Of a DNA stretch of 64,000 nt, positions 1 to 9,229 are shown one piece after another. This DNA comes from Acutalibacteraceae bacterium (GTDB taxonomy: Bacteria > Bacillota > Clostridia > Oscillospirales > Acutalibacteraceae): NCBI GenBank assembly GCA_045642705.1, contig JAZUJK010000007.1, positions 31,736 through 95,735 on the forward strand, read 5' to 3'. Below the pieces are notes generated by a model that searched no databases, was not told the DNA's origin, and saw only the letters and a program-made list of their open reading frames with translations. Both the position numbers and the translations under genes were made by a program. Within the stretch, counting starts at the first letter, position 1; each line of letters opens with the position of its first letter.

Positions 1-1264
1 CCTCATATGATGGAGAGCGAACACCTGAGAAATATGCGATAACATCGGATGGTTTGATATTCTCAGCGACCTTCATCTCAGCCTCGAGAATCATATTGAC
101 TATCGCCGCATTGGTGGTAGTGTCCTCCCTATCCGGCGTCTCTGTCGCATCAGGTCCAACAATCATATTCTTATCAACTGTATGGATAACAGCGATACCC
201 TTGCTGGTATTCTCGTGCGACAGTGCGAACTTCACTGACTTTATCTTGTTGATAAGTCCGCCCTTGGCCTCGTCATCGAGGACAGTGATTGGGGACTTAT
301 CCATAGTGCTATTGATATATTTGCCGACCTTCTTATCAAGGATAATATCTGTACCCTTTCTAGGATGGATAGTAAATGTACGGTCACCCGCCATCTCAGC
401 AATTACATCCGAGTAAACACCTGCTGCATTGACAACAAGTTTTGGATATATGCGGCCTCTGTTGGTTAGAACGGAGATAATCTTGCCATTCTCAACCTCC
501 ATTGAGAGAGCCGCTGTATCAAGGCAAATCTTGGCACCATTTGATACAGCATTCTCAGCGAGTGCAATATTGAACTTGTATGGTGATGTAAAACCACCAG
601 TCGGCATATATAGAGCGTTATTGGTCCATGATGGAGCATAAGGCTCGAGTTCCAACAACTGCTTTCTGTTTATAACCTTTACTCCATCGATATGAAGTCT
701 AAACGAATTGAGCCAGAGTGCATATAGAAGGATCTTCTCCCATCTATCCTTGGTGATAAGGAGATGACCTGGTCGCTCAAATGGAAAGTCGAGATCTCTT
801 GAGAGTTCATCGAACATTTCGTTGCCGCGGTGGCAGTACTTGTGCTTGCCGGAATTCGGTGAGTAGTTGATTCCGACATGTACTGCACCGCCGTTACGGG
901 ACGACTGTCCCGATGCGACATCTGCACCCTTCTCAATTAGCATGATATCAAGATTGTACTTGGTGAGTTCACGCGCGGTTGCACAGCCGGTAAGGCCACC
1001 ACCGATGATAAGTACATCTGGTGTCGCGCCGTCATATAGCTCATCGTTTATCGATGGCAGTTTTACCTCCGGGGTAAAACCGCGGAGCTTTATGTCGTTT
1101 ATGACACCAAAGTATTCCTTACCGGCAGCCTTCTTGCCAGCTCTTACAATCTTGTCCCAATCGTCGAGCTCGCCACGCAGCACGATGCAGCCGCGCTCCT
1201 CTGTGACCTCGATAGAGGGATCAATCTCATGTATCTTTTTAACTTTCTTGTCAAAAGAACTCAT
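1..1264 (-). CDS. FAD-dependent oxidoreductase, DAO family (GlpA/LhgO-like); the C-terminus runs off the window
   Basis: The ATG at 1264-1262 abuts the stop of the upstream gene. My hand translation stays open down to nt 2 (421 codons, MSSFDKKVKKIHEID...). It contains a dinucleotide-binding motif DVLIIGGGLTGCATAREL at aa 83-100, and later NAAGVYSD and HPRKG. The N-terminal ~60 aa look BON-like (IEVTEERGCIVLRGELDDWDKIVRAGKKAA). It is absent from the ORF track because no stop lies in the window. The + strand ORFs 54-416, 429-641 and 867-1355 are low-complexity shadows of this gene. Confidence 0.7.
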   Translation of the reverse strand, partial: MSSFDKKVKKIHEIDPSIEVTEERGCIVLRGELDDWDKIVRAGKKAAGKEYFGVINDIKLRGFTPEVKLPSINDELYDGATPDVLIIGGGLTGCATARELTKYNLDIMLIEKGADVASGQSSRNGGAVHVGINYSPNSGKHKYCHRGNEMFDELSRDLDFPFERPGHLLITKDRWEKILLYALWLNSFRLHIDGVKVINRKQLLELEPYAPSWTNNALYMPTGGFTSPYKFNIALAENAVSNGAKICLDTAALSMEVENGKIISVLTNRGRIYPKLVVNAAGVYSDVIAEMAGDRTFTIHPRKGTDIILDKKVGKYINSTMDKSPITVLDDEAKGGLINKIKSVKFALSHENTSKGIAVIHTVDKNMIVGPDATETPDREDTTTNAAIVNMILEAEMKVAENIKPSDVIAYFSGVRSPSYE

Positions 1265-2116
1265 TTACTTAATTTCCTTTACAGCATCAGCGATTTTACC
1301 ACTTAAAAATTCCTTCTCAGACGCAATATTCCAGAGTCCGAGGCGGAGTACATAAGCTACGATATTCCAAGGAGCGCTGTCCTCTTCCTTGATACCTGTA
1401 AGCTTAGTGTAATTCTTCATATATCCGTTATAGATAAATACACGAATTGTACCGAGCAAGAAAATCTTGAGTTTGGAGCTTCCTGGGAAAAGTTCTGCAT
1501 CATGGAACAGGAAGTTCATCATAGCGACCTCTGCAAGTGGTGAACCCTTGCAAGCGGTCATCCAGTCGATAACCTGATTGTTATCGCCATCCACCAAGAT
1601 ATTATCTGTATGGAAGTCGAGATGGATGAGATTATCTGCCTCTGGAAGAGCCATGATATAGTCCTCTGCCTTCTTCTTATCCTCTGCTGAGAGGAATGCG
1701 AAAATCTCAGGGTTCTTCTCTATTGTTTCAACTGCTACTGTGCGAACATCGCGAAGTTCTGGTGCGTGCTTCTCATGAACCATTGCATGGAGTTCTGCAA
1801 TAATTCGTCCGCCCTTGAAAAGGAAAGCTGGTGACAAAGAAGTTGGTGCATCTGTAAGTGCGATGCCCTGAAGTTTCTTGAAAACAAGACCCAATCTACC
1901 ATCGATATTATACTTTCCATAGCACTCCATCGGTGTACATCCGAGTTCAAATGCTGTGCAAGTGTTCTTATACTCTATCTCTAAATTATCAGCGTCTACA
2001 TCATCAAAATAGAGCTTTAAAACCTTGTCATCGCCGATATCATACACTTCTGATGAGCGTGCTTTAAACATAGGCTCTACACCGTCTATTAGGGCCTTTA
2101 GTTCTTCATTTGTCAT
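1265..2116 (-). CDS. Phosphotransferase enzyme family protein (APH/choline-kinase-like small-molecule kinase)
   Basis: 283-aa ORF with the catalytic-loop motif HLDFHTDNILVDGDNNQVIDW (HxDxxxxN...D), typical of aminoglycoside/choline kinase-fold enzymes. The RBS AGGAGG lies upstream of the ATG. Confidence 0.7.
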   Translation of the reverse strand: MTNEELKALIDGVEPMFKARSSEVYDIGDDKVLKLYFDDVDADNLEIEYKNTCTAFELGCTPMECYGKYNIDGRLGLVFKKLQGIALTDAPTSLSPAFLFKGGRIIAELHAMVHEKHAPELRDVRTVAVETIEKNPEIFAFLSAEDKKKAEDYIMALPEADNLIHLDFHTDNILVDGDNNQVIDWMTACKGSPLAEVAMMNFLFHDAELFPGSSKLKIFLLGTIRVFIYNGYMKNYTKLTGIKEEDSAPWNIVAYVLRLGLWNIASEKEFLSGKIADAVKEIK

Positions 2117-2160
2117 ATCAGTTCCTCCTTATAATATTGTATCCGAATATAAGCATTTTT

Positions 2161-2224
2161 ATTATCTCACAAATGCCCCAAACGGTCAACAATTGTTGAC
2201 CTAAAACGCACATTATAGTATAAT
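2161..2224. promoter_or_regulatory. Divergent sigma-A-type promoter pair sharing an 18-bp perfect palindrome
   Basis: The palindrome GGTCAACAATTGTTGACC lies at 2184-2201. Plus strand: TTGACC (2196-2201), 17 nt, TATAAT (2219-2224). Minus strand: TTGACC (2189-2184), 17 nt, GATAAT (2166-2161). Both point at the flanking genes. Confidence 0.5.
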
Positions 2225-2248
2225 TAGGATGTATATTTATACCATATA

Positions 2249-3190
2249 TTGTGTTTGGGAGGTGATAGATTGACCGCTCAGAAACAATCGAATAGGTTCG
2301 TGAACCTCATTGGCATTATCATGATTGCGCTCGCGATATCCCTAACCGTTGTCAGCAGAGCAATCGATGTCGATACTATCACAGCCCCATTTGAATCCAT
2401 GATGGAGGAAACAGTTGGTGGCACATATATTGGTGACAAAGTAATTGACCGCGTTCACGAGTACGAAGCAGAGCGAAGCGCCAAGAAAGAGGATCCTAAT
2501 GCCGCTGGTAAAATAGCGACTAAGATTACAGGCAATCCAACCATCAGCAAGGCGCAAGCCTATTATATCAAGTTCCAAGCCTTCGTTGAGAAGATGGAAA
2601 ACTTGATAGCACAACTCGACAATAAATTCATCATTGTCATATCGCTTCTCCTGCTCTTCTCTATCAAATCCATCATTGCACTGATACCAGTATCGGCGAC
2701 CTGCCTTATCAGCGCCATTATTTTCCCGTTCCCGGTAGCGCTGATAATAAACCTCGCCGGATACTCGCTCATATTTACAGTCAAATATTTCTGGGGCAAG
2801 CATATAGGAGAAGGCAATGTCTCCAAACTTATGAAACATTCAGAGTTCCTCTGGAAGTTCATACAGGATGAAGAGAACGGATATGCCACTGGCAATCCTA
2901 CACTTCTATTCATCCTCCGACTTGTTCCAACAGTTCCAATCAATCCTATCAGTCAAATGTACGGAAAGATGGGATATAGTTTCCCAAAATATCTAATCCT
3001 ATCAGTGCTCGGTGCAGCAATTAAAATCATCTCATTTACCGCAATCGGTAGCAATGTTGGGGATCCATTCTCTAAACAGTTTGTAATTCCACTTATTACA
3101 ATTCTTTTCATATCCGGATTCTCCACACTTGCATTCTCATTCATACTGAAATATCGCAACTCACCAGATCGCAAGAAAATGATGGTATAA
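2249..3190 (+). CDS. TVP38/TMEM64 (DedA-related) family membrane protein
   Basis: Multi-pass membrane ORF. The motif LRLVPTVPINPISQMYGKMGYSFPKYLILSVLG resembles the conserved R-[LF]-x-P-x-x-P...G block of TVP38/TMEM64 proteins. The likely true start is the TTG at 2270, 5 nt after GGAGGTG. Confidence 0.55.
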   Translation: MCLGGDRLTAQKQSNRFVNLIGIIMIALAISLTVVSRAIDVDTITAPFESMMEETVGGTYIGDKVIDRVHEYEAERSAKKEDPNAAGKIATKITGNPTISKAQAYYIKFQAFVEKMENLIAQLDNKFIIVISLLLLFSIKSIIALIPVSATCLISAIIFPFPVALIINLAGYSLIFTVKYFWGKHIGEGNVSKLMKHSEFLWKFIQDEENGYATGNPTLLFILRLVPTVPINPISQMYGKMGYSFPKYLILSVLGAAIKIISFTAIGSNVGDPFSKQFVIPLITILFISGFSTLAFSFILKYRNSPDRKKMMV

Positions 3191-3192
3191 AT

Positions 3193-3229
3193 AAACTCCT
3201 CTTGGAATCCAAGAGGAGTTTACTTTTTA
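3193..3229. terminator. Bidirectional intrinsic terminator between convergent genes
   Basis: A 13-bp stem AAACTCCTCTTGG / CCAAGAGGAGTTT (3193-3205 / 3209-3221) is followed by a T-run on the plus strand and a weaker T-rich tract on the minus strand. Confidence 0.6.
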
Positions 3230-3231
3230 TC

Positions 3232-4446
3232 TTATTTTAAACCAAATGTCTCAATAACATAATCCATATCCTTATCTCCACGTCCTGAGAGATTTACAAG
3301 GATTGAACCATGGCGCTGCTCTCTTGCAAGTTTCATCGCATAAGCAACTGCATGTGAGCTCTCAACTGCAGGGATGATACCCTCTTTTCTTGAGAGTTCA
3401 AAGAATGCATCAATTGCAGCATCGTCATCGATTACATCATAAGTTACTCGATCAATTGATTTCCAGAATGCATGCTCTGGGCCAGATGATGGATAGTCAA
3501 GACCTGATGCGCAAGAATAAACTGGTGCTGGCTCGCCATTCGCATCCTTTAACATGATTGAATTGAAGCCATGCATGATACCCTCTTCACCATATTTGAG
3601 TGAAGCGGCATGGTCGCCGAGTTTCTCACCGCGGCCAAGTGGCTCAATACCATAAATTTTAACTGGATCTGATAGGAAACCTGAGAAGAAGCCGGCAGCA
3701 TTGGAACCGCCACCAACACAGGCAACAACAGAATCAGGAAGTTCGCCTGTCATCTCGAGGAACTGGTCATGTGCCTCAAAGCCAACTACTGACTGGAAGT
3801 CACGAACCATCATTGGGAAAGGATGAGGGCCAAGAACAGAACCGATGCAATAGATGCAATCCTTATACTCCCTTGCATATGCTGCGAAAGCTGCATCAAC
3901 AGCCTCCTTTAGAGTCTGAAGACCATCTGTTACCTCGATAACATTGGCGCCCAAAATCTTCATACGAGCAACATTTGGAGCCTGTTTCTTGATATCAACA
4001 GCGCCCATATAGATGTCGCATTCCAGGCCAAAGTGAGCTGCTGCTGTTGCAAGTGCTACGCCGTGCTGACCTGCGCCGGTCTCGGCAATGATTTTCTTCT
4101 TGCCCATATATTTCGCAAGAAGAGCCTCGCCCATGCAGTGATTAAGTTTATGTGCACCAGAATGATTGAGGTCCTCTCTCTTAACATAGATCTGAACATC
4201 ACCAATAGAGCGAGATAGGTTCTCACAATATGTAATAGGTGTTGGTCTACCCTGGAAGTTCTTACGGATCTCACGGAGCTCAGCTATGAACTTGGATGAC
4301 TTACAGATTGTGAAATAAGCCTCTGTAATCTCCTCCATAGCAGCCTTGAGTTCTGGCTCGATGTAGCAGCCACCGTAAGGGCCAAAGAAGCCCTGCTCAT
4401 CTGGATACTCTTTGAAATAGTTTGTAAAATCGAATTTTTCTGCCAT
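3232..4446 (-). CDS. trpB: Tryptophan synthase beta chain-like PLP enzyme (TrpB1-like but divergent), with no trpA adjacent
   Basis: The translation contains [23 protein letters not shown] (PLP lysine), [29 protein letters not shown] and [13 protein letters not shown] set the start at MAEKF (4446) because AGGAGT lies 8 nt upstream. The longer ORF start (4497) runs into the leader terminator. Confidence 0.85.
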   Translation of the reverse strand: MAEKFDFTNYFKEYPDEQGFFGPYGGCYIEPELKAAMEEITEAYFTICKSSKFIAELREIRKNFQGRPTPITYCENLSRSIGDVQIYVKREDLNHSGAHKLNHCMGEALLAKYMGKKKIIAETGAGQHGVALATAAAHFGLECDIYMGAVDIKKQAPNVARMKILGANVIEVTDGLQTLKEAVDAAFAAYAREYKDCIYCIGSVLGPHPFPMMVRDFQSVVGFEAHDQFLEMTGELPDSVVACVGGGSNAAGFFSGFLSDPVKIYGIEPLGRGEKLGDHAASLKYGEEGIMHGFNSIMLKDANGEPAPVYSCASGLDYPSSGPEHAFWKSIDRVTYDVIDDDAAIDAFFELSRKEGIIPAVESSHAVAYAMKLAREQRHGSILVNLSGRGDKDMDYVIETFGLK

Positions 4447-4476
4447 ATTATTTGACTCCTTTCTTATGTTGGGAGT

Positions 4477-4729
4477 AAAAAAATCCTGTCCCAACAAAAT
4501 GCTGGGACAGGAATAAATTCCTGCGGTGCCACCCGGCTTGCCACTTATGTGACCACTTTTCGTACTAACATACGCAAGTTTCTATTACGTGAAACTGGTC
4601 CGTCTTCCCTACTACTGTTTCAGGTCGCCCTCAAAAGTCCATTCAGAATTACCTCCACTGCCGCGCTTCCACCGTCCGCGACTCTCTAATAGCTTCGATA
4701 AAACCTACTACTCTTTCTCATCGGTTTAT
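4477..4729 (-). promoter_or_regulatory. T-box leader, specifier UGG (Trp), with terminator expression platform
   Basis: Minus-strand reading shows a K-turn-like UGAUGAG, AGAGAG, a distal GGUGGAAG and a specifier loop GAA-UGG-A (codon at 4641-4639). The conserved T-box sequence AAGCCGGGUGGCACCGCAGG lies at 4539-4520. A terminator hairpin UCCUGUCCCA/UGGGACAGGA (4512-4484) plus U7 follows, directly upstream of the trpB RBS. Confidence 0.8.
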
Positions 4730-4735
4730 GGTGAT

Positions 4736-4764
4736 ATTTTAATTATATATAACTTATTTGTCAA
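4736..4764 (-). promoter_or_regulatory. Promoter of the T-box/trpB unit
   Basis: TTGACA (4764-4759), 17 nt, TAAAAT (4741-4736). The -35 element overlaps the stop codon of the upstream membrane-protein gene. Confidence 0.6.
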
Positions 4765-5282
4765 CCTTTTGTTGCAAAGAAAATACCGAGGAATAACATA
4801 CCCTGTGCAAAGCCATTTACGAACTGTGCAATCCAGTTCTTCTTGGCATCCTTATTAAAGTCATCACGCTTATTAGTTGACTTAACATAGCCCATAACGC
4901 CCATTCCAGCAAAGCCCAAGATAAAGAAGATGAGTGCTGGGATTGAAACAAGTGCCTTGATTATGCCACCCCAGTGAATAACCTTGAGGATTGTGCCAAG
5001 GATTGCGCCAACAATAGCAATCATAAAGCCACTTGCCATAAGTGGTACAAAGAGCTTATTAAGAATCTTGATGTCGCCTACTTTTAGTCCAAGGAGCAAT
5101 TTCCAGAGCACCTTGCATAGGCCTGAGAGTACTATAAGGATTGCTCCGATAAGGAAAATCCAAAATGTAATTCCAGCGCCAGACAATGCTGATGCGATAA
5201 TAATCATGCTAAGTGAAAAGAATATTACCGGTATTGCGTCGACAAGTGCAAGTCCGACTGTGAAGCCTTCATGTTCTTCCAT
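4761..5282 (-). CDS. Small integral membrane protein, family not recognised
   Basis: 173-aa ORF with ~5 hydrophobic spans and the RBS GGAGGA upstream. I recognise no diagnostic motif. Confidence 0.5.
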   Translation of the reverse strand: MEEHEGFTVGLALVDAIPVIFFSLSMIIIASALSGAGITFWIFLIGAILIVLSGLCKVLWKLLLGLKVGDIKILNKLFVPLMASGFMIAIVGAILGTILKVIHWGGIIKALVSIPALIFFILGFAGMGVMGYVKSTNKRDDFNKDAKKNWIAQFVNGFAQGMLFLGIFFATKG

Positions 5283-5439
5283 TACTATATCCTCCGTCTA
5301 TAATGAACAAATTCATAAAAATATTCTACAATATACAATACCACTTTGTAAAGAAAATACTTTGTTTTATTTTATATATTCTGTTATCATTATGTTGAAC
5401 GCATAAAGTTTAATTCATTTACCCATTTTGGAGGTCAAA

Positions 5440-6282
5440 ATGAAAGATTATACCGAGTTCATAGATATAACCTTATCCGACCTATCCGGCGATCCTTCTA
5501 TGAGTGAAGATATCGAAAGGTTCAAACAAAAAAGGAAAGCACAGATGCGTGACCGCGAAGTGACACTTCGCAAGCGTGGGCTTTCCGATTCCAAGGTCAT
5601 CTATGACCTAATTATCAGCGAAAATGCCGATTGTCGCCATGATTTTATCAAGGAACAGCGAGAATCACTTGAGAACAGAATTGAAAAGCGACTTTTCAAT
5701 TTAAAAATATTGCTCTCTGTCTCCTACTACATTTTTGTAGGCATTCTCTTTTTACTCGACACATTCTACAATAGAGATTTCGCTCATTCTTGGCTTATCA
5801 TTATTGCTGGAATTGTTCTCTATACGGACTTTCTTCTTGTAATGCCACCAAATCTGCATTACAAGGGTAAGCGCAGATTGCCTCTCAGTGCAAGCATCTC
5901 AGTTGCGGTACTACTTTCCGCCTTCTTCTTATGGCTTGTTATGGATGTAGTATTTAAAATGCACAACAGCGCAGTAATAATAACAGCAACGTTGCTGATA
6001 CTTACTATTTTCGACTGTTTTGTGCCAGTTCTAGCAAAAGAAAAATTTGGAATATGGCATACAATAATTGCGCCACCCGGCATAGGCACTTGGACTTATA
6101 TTACCCTCGGATTGCTCCATATGATTCATTGGCAATCTGGATGGATGCTAATCGTTGCCGGTATTGCTATATCAATTATTATATTTGTCATTTACTACAA
6201 TCGCACTCATCATCTACTTGAGCGCGCAGAGAAACTGCGTCTCGAGTCCCTAGATAGAACGGAGGTGCATATTGATGGCTAA
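5440..6282 (+). CDS. Membrane protein with a charged N-terminal cytoplasmic domain, family not recognised
   Basis: The ORF track starts it at 5428 (TTG). The ATG at 5440 follows GGAGG with better spacing. The first ~95 residues are charged and helical, followed by ~6 TM spans. Its end overlaps the next gene by 8 nt. Confidence 0.5.
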   Translation: MKDYTEFIDITLSDLSGDPSMSEDIERFKQKRKAQMRDREVTLRKRGLSDSKVIYDLIISENADCRHDFIKEQRESLENRIEKRLFNLKILLSVSYYIFVGILFLLDTFYNRDFAHSWLIIIAGIVLYTDFLLVMPPNLHYKGKRRLPLSASISVAVLLSAFFLWLVMDVVFKMHNSAVIITATLLILTIFDCFVPVLAKEKFGIWHTIIAPPGIGTWTYITLGLLHMIHWQSGWMLIVAGIAISIIIFVIYYNRTHHLLERAEKLRLESLDRTEVHIDG

Positions 6283-7576
6283 AAAAGAGAAATTAAATGC
6301 CGAGCTCTGGGACAAGATGCACTATATGTTCCGCGATTATAACGACCGCATGGTTCATGTCGTTTTAAACTACGACTATCAAATAAACATAGACGCACTA
6401 AAGAGCGTCATCATATGCTTTGTAGAAAAAATCCCTGTTCTTCATTCCAGTTTTCACTTCAGCGCAAATGATCCTTATTGGCAAGCTGAGGAATATACAA
6501 TTGAAGAACTCTTGACTGTAATAGACAATCCAAATGACTTAGATGCTGCAATAGAAGACTTCATTATGCAGTACCTCCCACCTGAGAACAACTTACAGAT
6601 AAAGTTTGCTGTTATTAACAAGGACGGCAAATCCACTCTGTGTCTAGTCGCAAACCACATGTGTATGGACGGTGGAGATCTAAAATCATTCCTTCATTCA
6701 TTCTGTGAAGGATATACCGAACTCGTCGAAAATGAAAAGAGCCCTGTTGATATCGTTCGCCAAGGCTCCCGTTCCTTTGAAGAGGTATATACAGATCTCA
6801 GTTCTACAGAAAAGCGTGCTGCCAAACGGCTATATAAGAATGTATCCAACAAGGACAAGCATGGGTTCCCATTCACAGCCGACAGCAAGAATGACAAATC
6901 ATTTATTGTAAAGCGCAAAATAGATGCCGATAAATTCGCAAAGCTCCGAGCAGCGGGCAAGTCCATCGGTGCGACAGTAAATGATACACTCGTCGGTGCT
7001 TTCCTCTATGCAATGTATGACATTGCAGAGTTCCCAACCGACGAAGAAGTCGTTGTTTCCTGCGCTATCGACTTGCGCCGCTATATGAGCAACCTCGATG
7101 AGGTTGGATATACCAACCATACCGCGTATATGCCATGTTCTACACCTGGCAAGGCACGCGATATAAAAGAGAGTGTTGAATTTGCCAAAATTTCCGCAAG
7201 AAAGAATAAGGATGATAGGTTTATGGGACTCTATGGCCTACCACTTTTGAAACTTGCCTATAATATTATGCCTTATCTCGCATCAGAGAATGTTATCAAG
7301 ATTGGGTATTCCAATCCTCTCCTATCTATGAGTAACATAGGTGTACTGGATACAGCAAAATTATCTCTATGTGGTAACCCTCCTGTTGATGGTTTTATGA
7401 CAGGTGCGGTTAAATATAAGCCATTTGCGCTTATGTCAGCAACATCAATGAATGGTGAAATGACACTCGTTATGTGTGAGCGTGGAAACGAAAAAGATAA
7501 AGAAATAATAGAAAAATTCTTTGACTTGCTCGAGAAAAATTTTGATGATTTCATAAAACTCACAGAAATCGAATAA
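6275..7576 (+). CDS. Stand-alone condensation-domain/acyltransferase superfamily protein (HxxxDG)
   Basis: ~433 aa with LVANHMCMDGGDLKSFL, an HxxxDG catalytic motif as found in NRPS C-domains, PapA5 and WS/DGAT acyltransferases. The ATG at 6275 is preceded by GGAGGTG and is translationally coupled to the upstream membrane protein. Confidence 0.55.
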   Translation: MAKKEKLNAELWDKMHYMFRDYNDRMVHVVLNYDYQINIDALKSVIICFVEKIPVLHSSFHFSANDPYWQAEEYTIEELLTVIDNPNDLDAAIEDFIMQYLPPENNLQIKFAVINKDGKSTLCLVANHMCMDGGDLKSFLHSFCEGYTELVENEKSPVDIVRQGSRSFEEVYTDLSSTEKRAAKRLYKNVSNKDKHGFPFTADSKNDKSFIVKRKIDADKFAKLRAAGKSIGATVNDTLVGAFLYAMYDIAEFPTDEEVVVSCAIDLRRYMSNLDEVGYTNHTAYMPCSTPGKARDIKESVEFAKISARKNKDDRFMGLYGLPLLKLAYNIMPYLASENVIKIGYSNPLLSMSNIGVLDTAKLSLCGNPPVDGFMTGAVKYKPFALMSATSMNGEMTLVMCERGNEKDKEIIEKFFDLLEKNFDDFIKLTEIE

Positions 7577-7584
7577 AAAAATTA

Positions 7585-7617
7585 AGCCCTTCGCAAACGC
7601 GAAGGGCTAAGTTTTTT
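7585..7617. terminator. Bidirectional intrinsic terminator
   Basis: The stem AGCCCTTCGC / GCGAAGGGCT (7585-7594 / 7599-7608) is flanked by an A-run upstream and a T-run downstream. It lies between convergent genes. Confidence 0.7.
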
Positions 7618-7618
7618 A

Positions 7619-8305
7619 TTAGAATGCAAAGCTAATTGCTGCAAGCATAAGGCCTAAGAAATATGTACCACTATTGAGGCGAAGAACTAATTTGCTCTCT
7701 GTAAATTTGAACTTGTGAAGAGAGATAAAATAGTCTGAAATCATATATAGGATAAGGCCTGAGCAGAAGAGCACTGTTTTAACTGAGAATGGTGCAAGTG
7801 CAAGAACTGCAATTGAGAGTGTACCATGAAGTGAAACGGTTCCGATATATGGTGGGAACATAAATTTCATCTCTGGCTTCTTCTCTTTCCAGATGTACCA
7901 GCCCTTGAACCAGAGAATGCAGAAAGTGCTAACGAGTGCTGCATAGATAAGTAGGAACCACCAATACTTACCAAAGCCTATTCCCTGTGCTGACATAAAT
8001 TTAAGCTGTGCTATGAAGAGAATAACATTACTGATACCGAATGAGAAACCGCCCTTGGAGAAACTCCATAGGAGCAATACATCACCGACAAATGCGAAAA
8101 ACAAACCGATTATAAAGCGGATATTCAGTGGATCTCCCCATAGTGAATGATTAAACATTTCAAATATCGCATATCCCATAAACATTGCTGCCATAAGGAT
8201 TTTATTGATTGCACGACGCTTGAAATTGCCAGATGTCTCAGAGAAGAAATATGAGACAAGGACAATGAGATAAAGTACAACGAAAATAATAGTATAAAGC
8301 TGCAT
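7619..8305 (-). CDS. YhhN family membrane protein (lysoplasmalogenase-like)
   Basis: 228 aa with ~8 TM spans. It carries the two half-motifs of the YhhN/TMEM86 family as I remember them: FAFVGDVLLLW in the first half and LYMISDYFISLHKF in the second. Confidence 0.55.
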   Translation of the reverse strand: MQLYTIIFVVLYLIVLVSYFFSETSGNFKRRAINKILMAAMFMGYAIFEMFNHSLWGDPLNIRFIIGLFFAFVGDVLLLWSFSKGGFSFGISNVILFIAQLKFMSAQGIGFGKYWWFLLIYAALVSTFCILWFKGWYIWKEKKPEMKFMFPPYIGTVSLHGTLSIAVLALAPFSVKTVLFCSGLILYMISDYFISLHKFKFTESKLVLRLNSGTYFLGLMLAAISFAF

Positions 8306-8332
8306 GATTTTCCCCCGTAATGTAGTTTTATA

Positions 8333-9229
8333 TTATTTGTTCTTACCAAAAAATGCTACCATCTTGTCAATTGCCTTGACTGAGTCTGGAATATCCGGTT
8401 CAAGAACTTGATATACATGATTAAGCGATGGCTTAAATTTGGTATCAAATTTAACCTTAGTACCATTCGCACGAAGTGCCTTATATGCATTTCTTGACTG
8501 TCCCTTGGCAATTACATCCATAAAACTTGTGAAGATAATTGTAGGTGGATATTCTCCCTTAGTTGATTTTACAACTCTGTCAAAGTCAAGATAGCGAGCA
8601 TATGGCTGCTTCTTCCACTTCTTGCCGACCACGTGGATCATATAAGGTTTCATAAGACCTGCCGGTTTGAGATATGGGCAAGGTGAAACAAGTGAAACTG
8701 CAGAAATATGCAGTTTAGGATCCACGAGGTCAAATACCTCGCGGACACGCTTCGATACTGTTGCAGCCGCAACGTATCCTGCGAGTTGTCCGCCTGCCGA
8801 ATCGCCAGTGAGATAGATTCTAGACTTGTTGCAAGGATAGTCAGAGAGATGCTTTGCAATATATTTAAGGGCAAGCATACAGTCTCTTAACTGATCTGCT
8901 ACAAGTACATCTGGAACAAGTCTGTAACTGATACCAAATACTACGAATCCCCTCTCTGCGAGATGGAGGCAGTAGTTCTTGTTAAGTTCCTTGTCGCCAT
9001 AGAACCATCCACCGCCGTGGATATCGATAATTACTGGGAGTTTCTGGCCCTGCTTCATATCACGTGGATAATAAACGTCCAGTTTGTGATACTTCTCACC
9101 ATCATCAACATAAGGAATATCGAGTACTTCCGTCAATGTATCTGGATATGTCTGCTTCGCAAGACGAGCTGCATCCATCTTCTTGTCAAAGTCCCAAAAT
9201 GCCTTGATAAGAGATATAGGTAGTGCCAT
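8333..9229 (-). CDS. Alpha/beta hydrolase, hormone-sensitive-lipase-type esterase (family IV)
   Basis: It has the oxyanion motif IDIHGGGW and the nucleophile elbow GDSAGG. I prefer the start at MALPIS (9229), which follows GGGAGG; the ORF track start is 9244. Confidence 0.75.
   Translation of the reverse strand: MALPISLIKAFWDFDKKMDAARLAKQTYPDTLTEVLDIPYVDDGEKYHKLDVYYPRDMKQGQKLPVIIDIHGGGWFYGDKELNKNYCLHLAERGFVVFGISYRLVPDVLVADQLRDCMLALKYIAKHLSDYPCNKSRIYLTGDSAGGQLAGYVAAATVSKRVREVFDLVDPKLHISAVSLVSPCPYLKPAGLMKPYMIHVVGKKWKKQPYARYLDFDRVVKSTKGEYPPTIIFTSFMDVIAKGQSRNAYKALRANGTKVKFDTKFKPSLNHVYQVLEPDIPDSVKAIDKMVAFFGKNK

Noticed and set aside
54-1355. Plus-strand ORFs 54-416, 429-641 and 867-1355, and the minus-strand ORF 679-936.
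   Set aside because: Their translations are low-complexity (Ser/Ile/Pro/Ala-rich) with no RBS. They lie antisense to, or out of frame with, a continuous motif-bearing minus-strand reading frame that starts at 1264 (the FAD oxidoreductase). ORF 679-936 is in a different frame from that gene (936 mod 3 differs from 1264 mod 3), so it is not evidence of a frameshift.
4447-4497. Longer N-terminal extensions offered by the ORF track: trpB to 4497, the SBP to 31367, acsA to 46106, tetR to 21314 and the esterase to 9244.
   Set aside because: The extensions begin at TTG or GTG codons, contain the Shine-Dalgarno sequence of a better-placed downstream start, or (trpB, SBP) would translate through leader terminator hairpins. 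I trimmed the coordinates accordingly.
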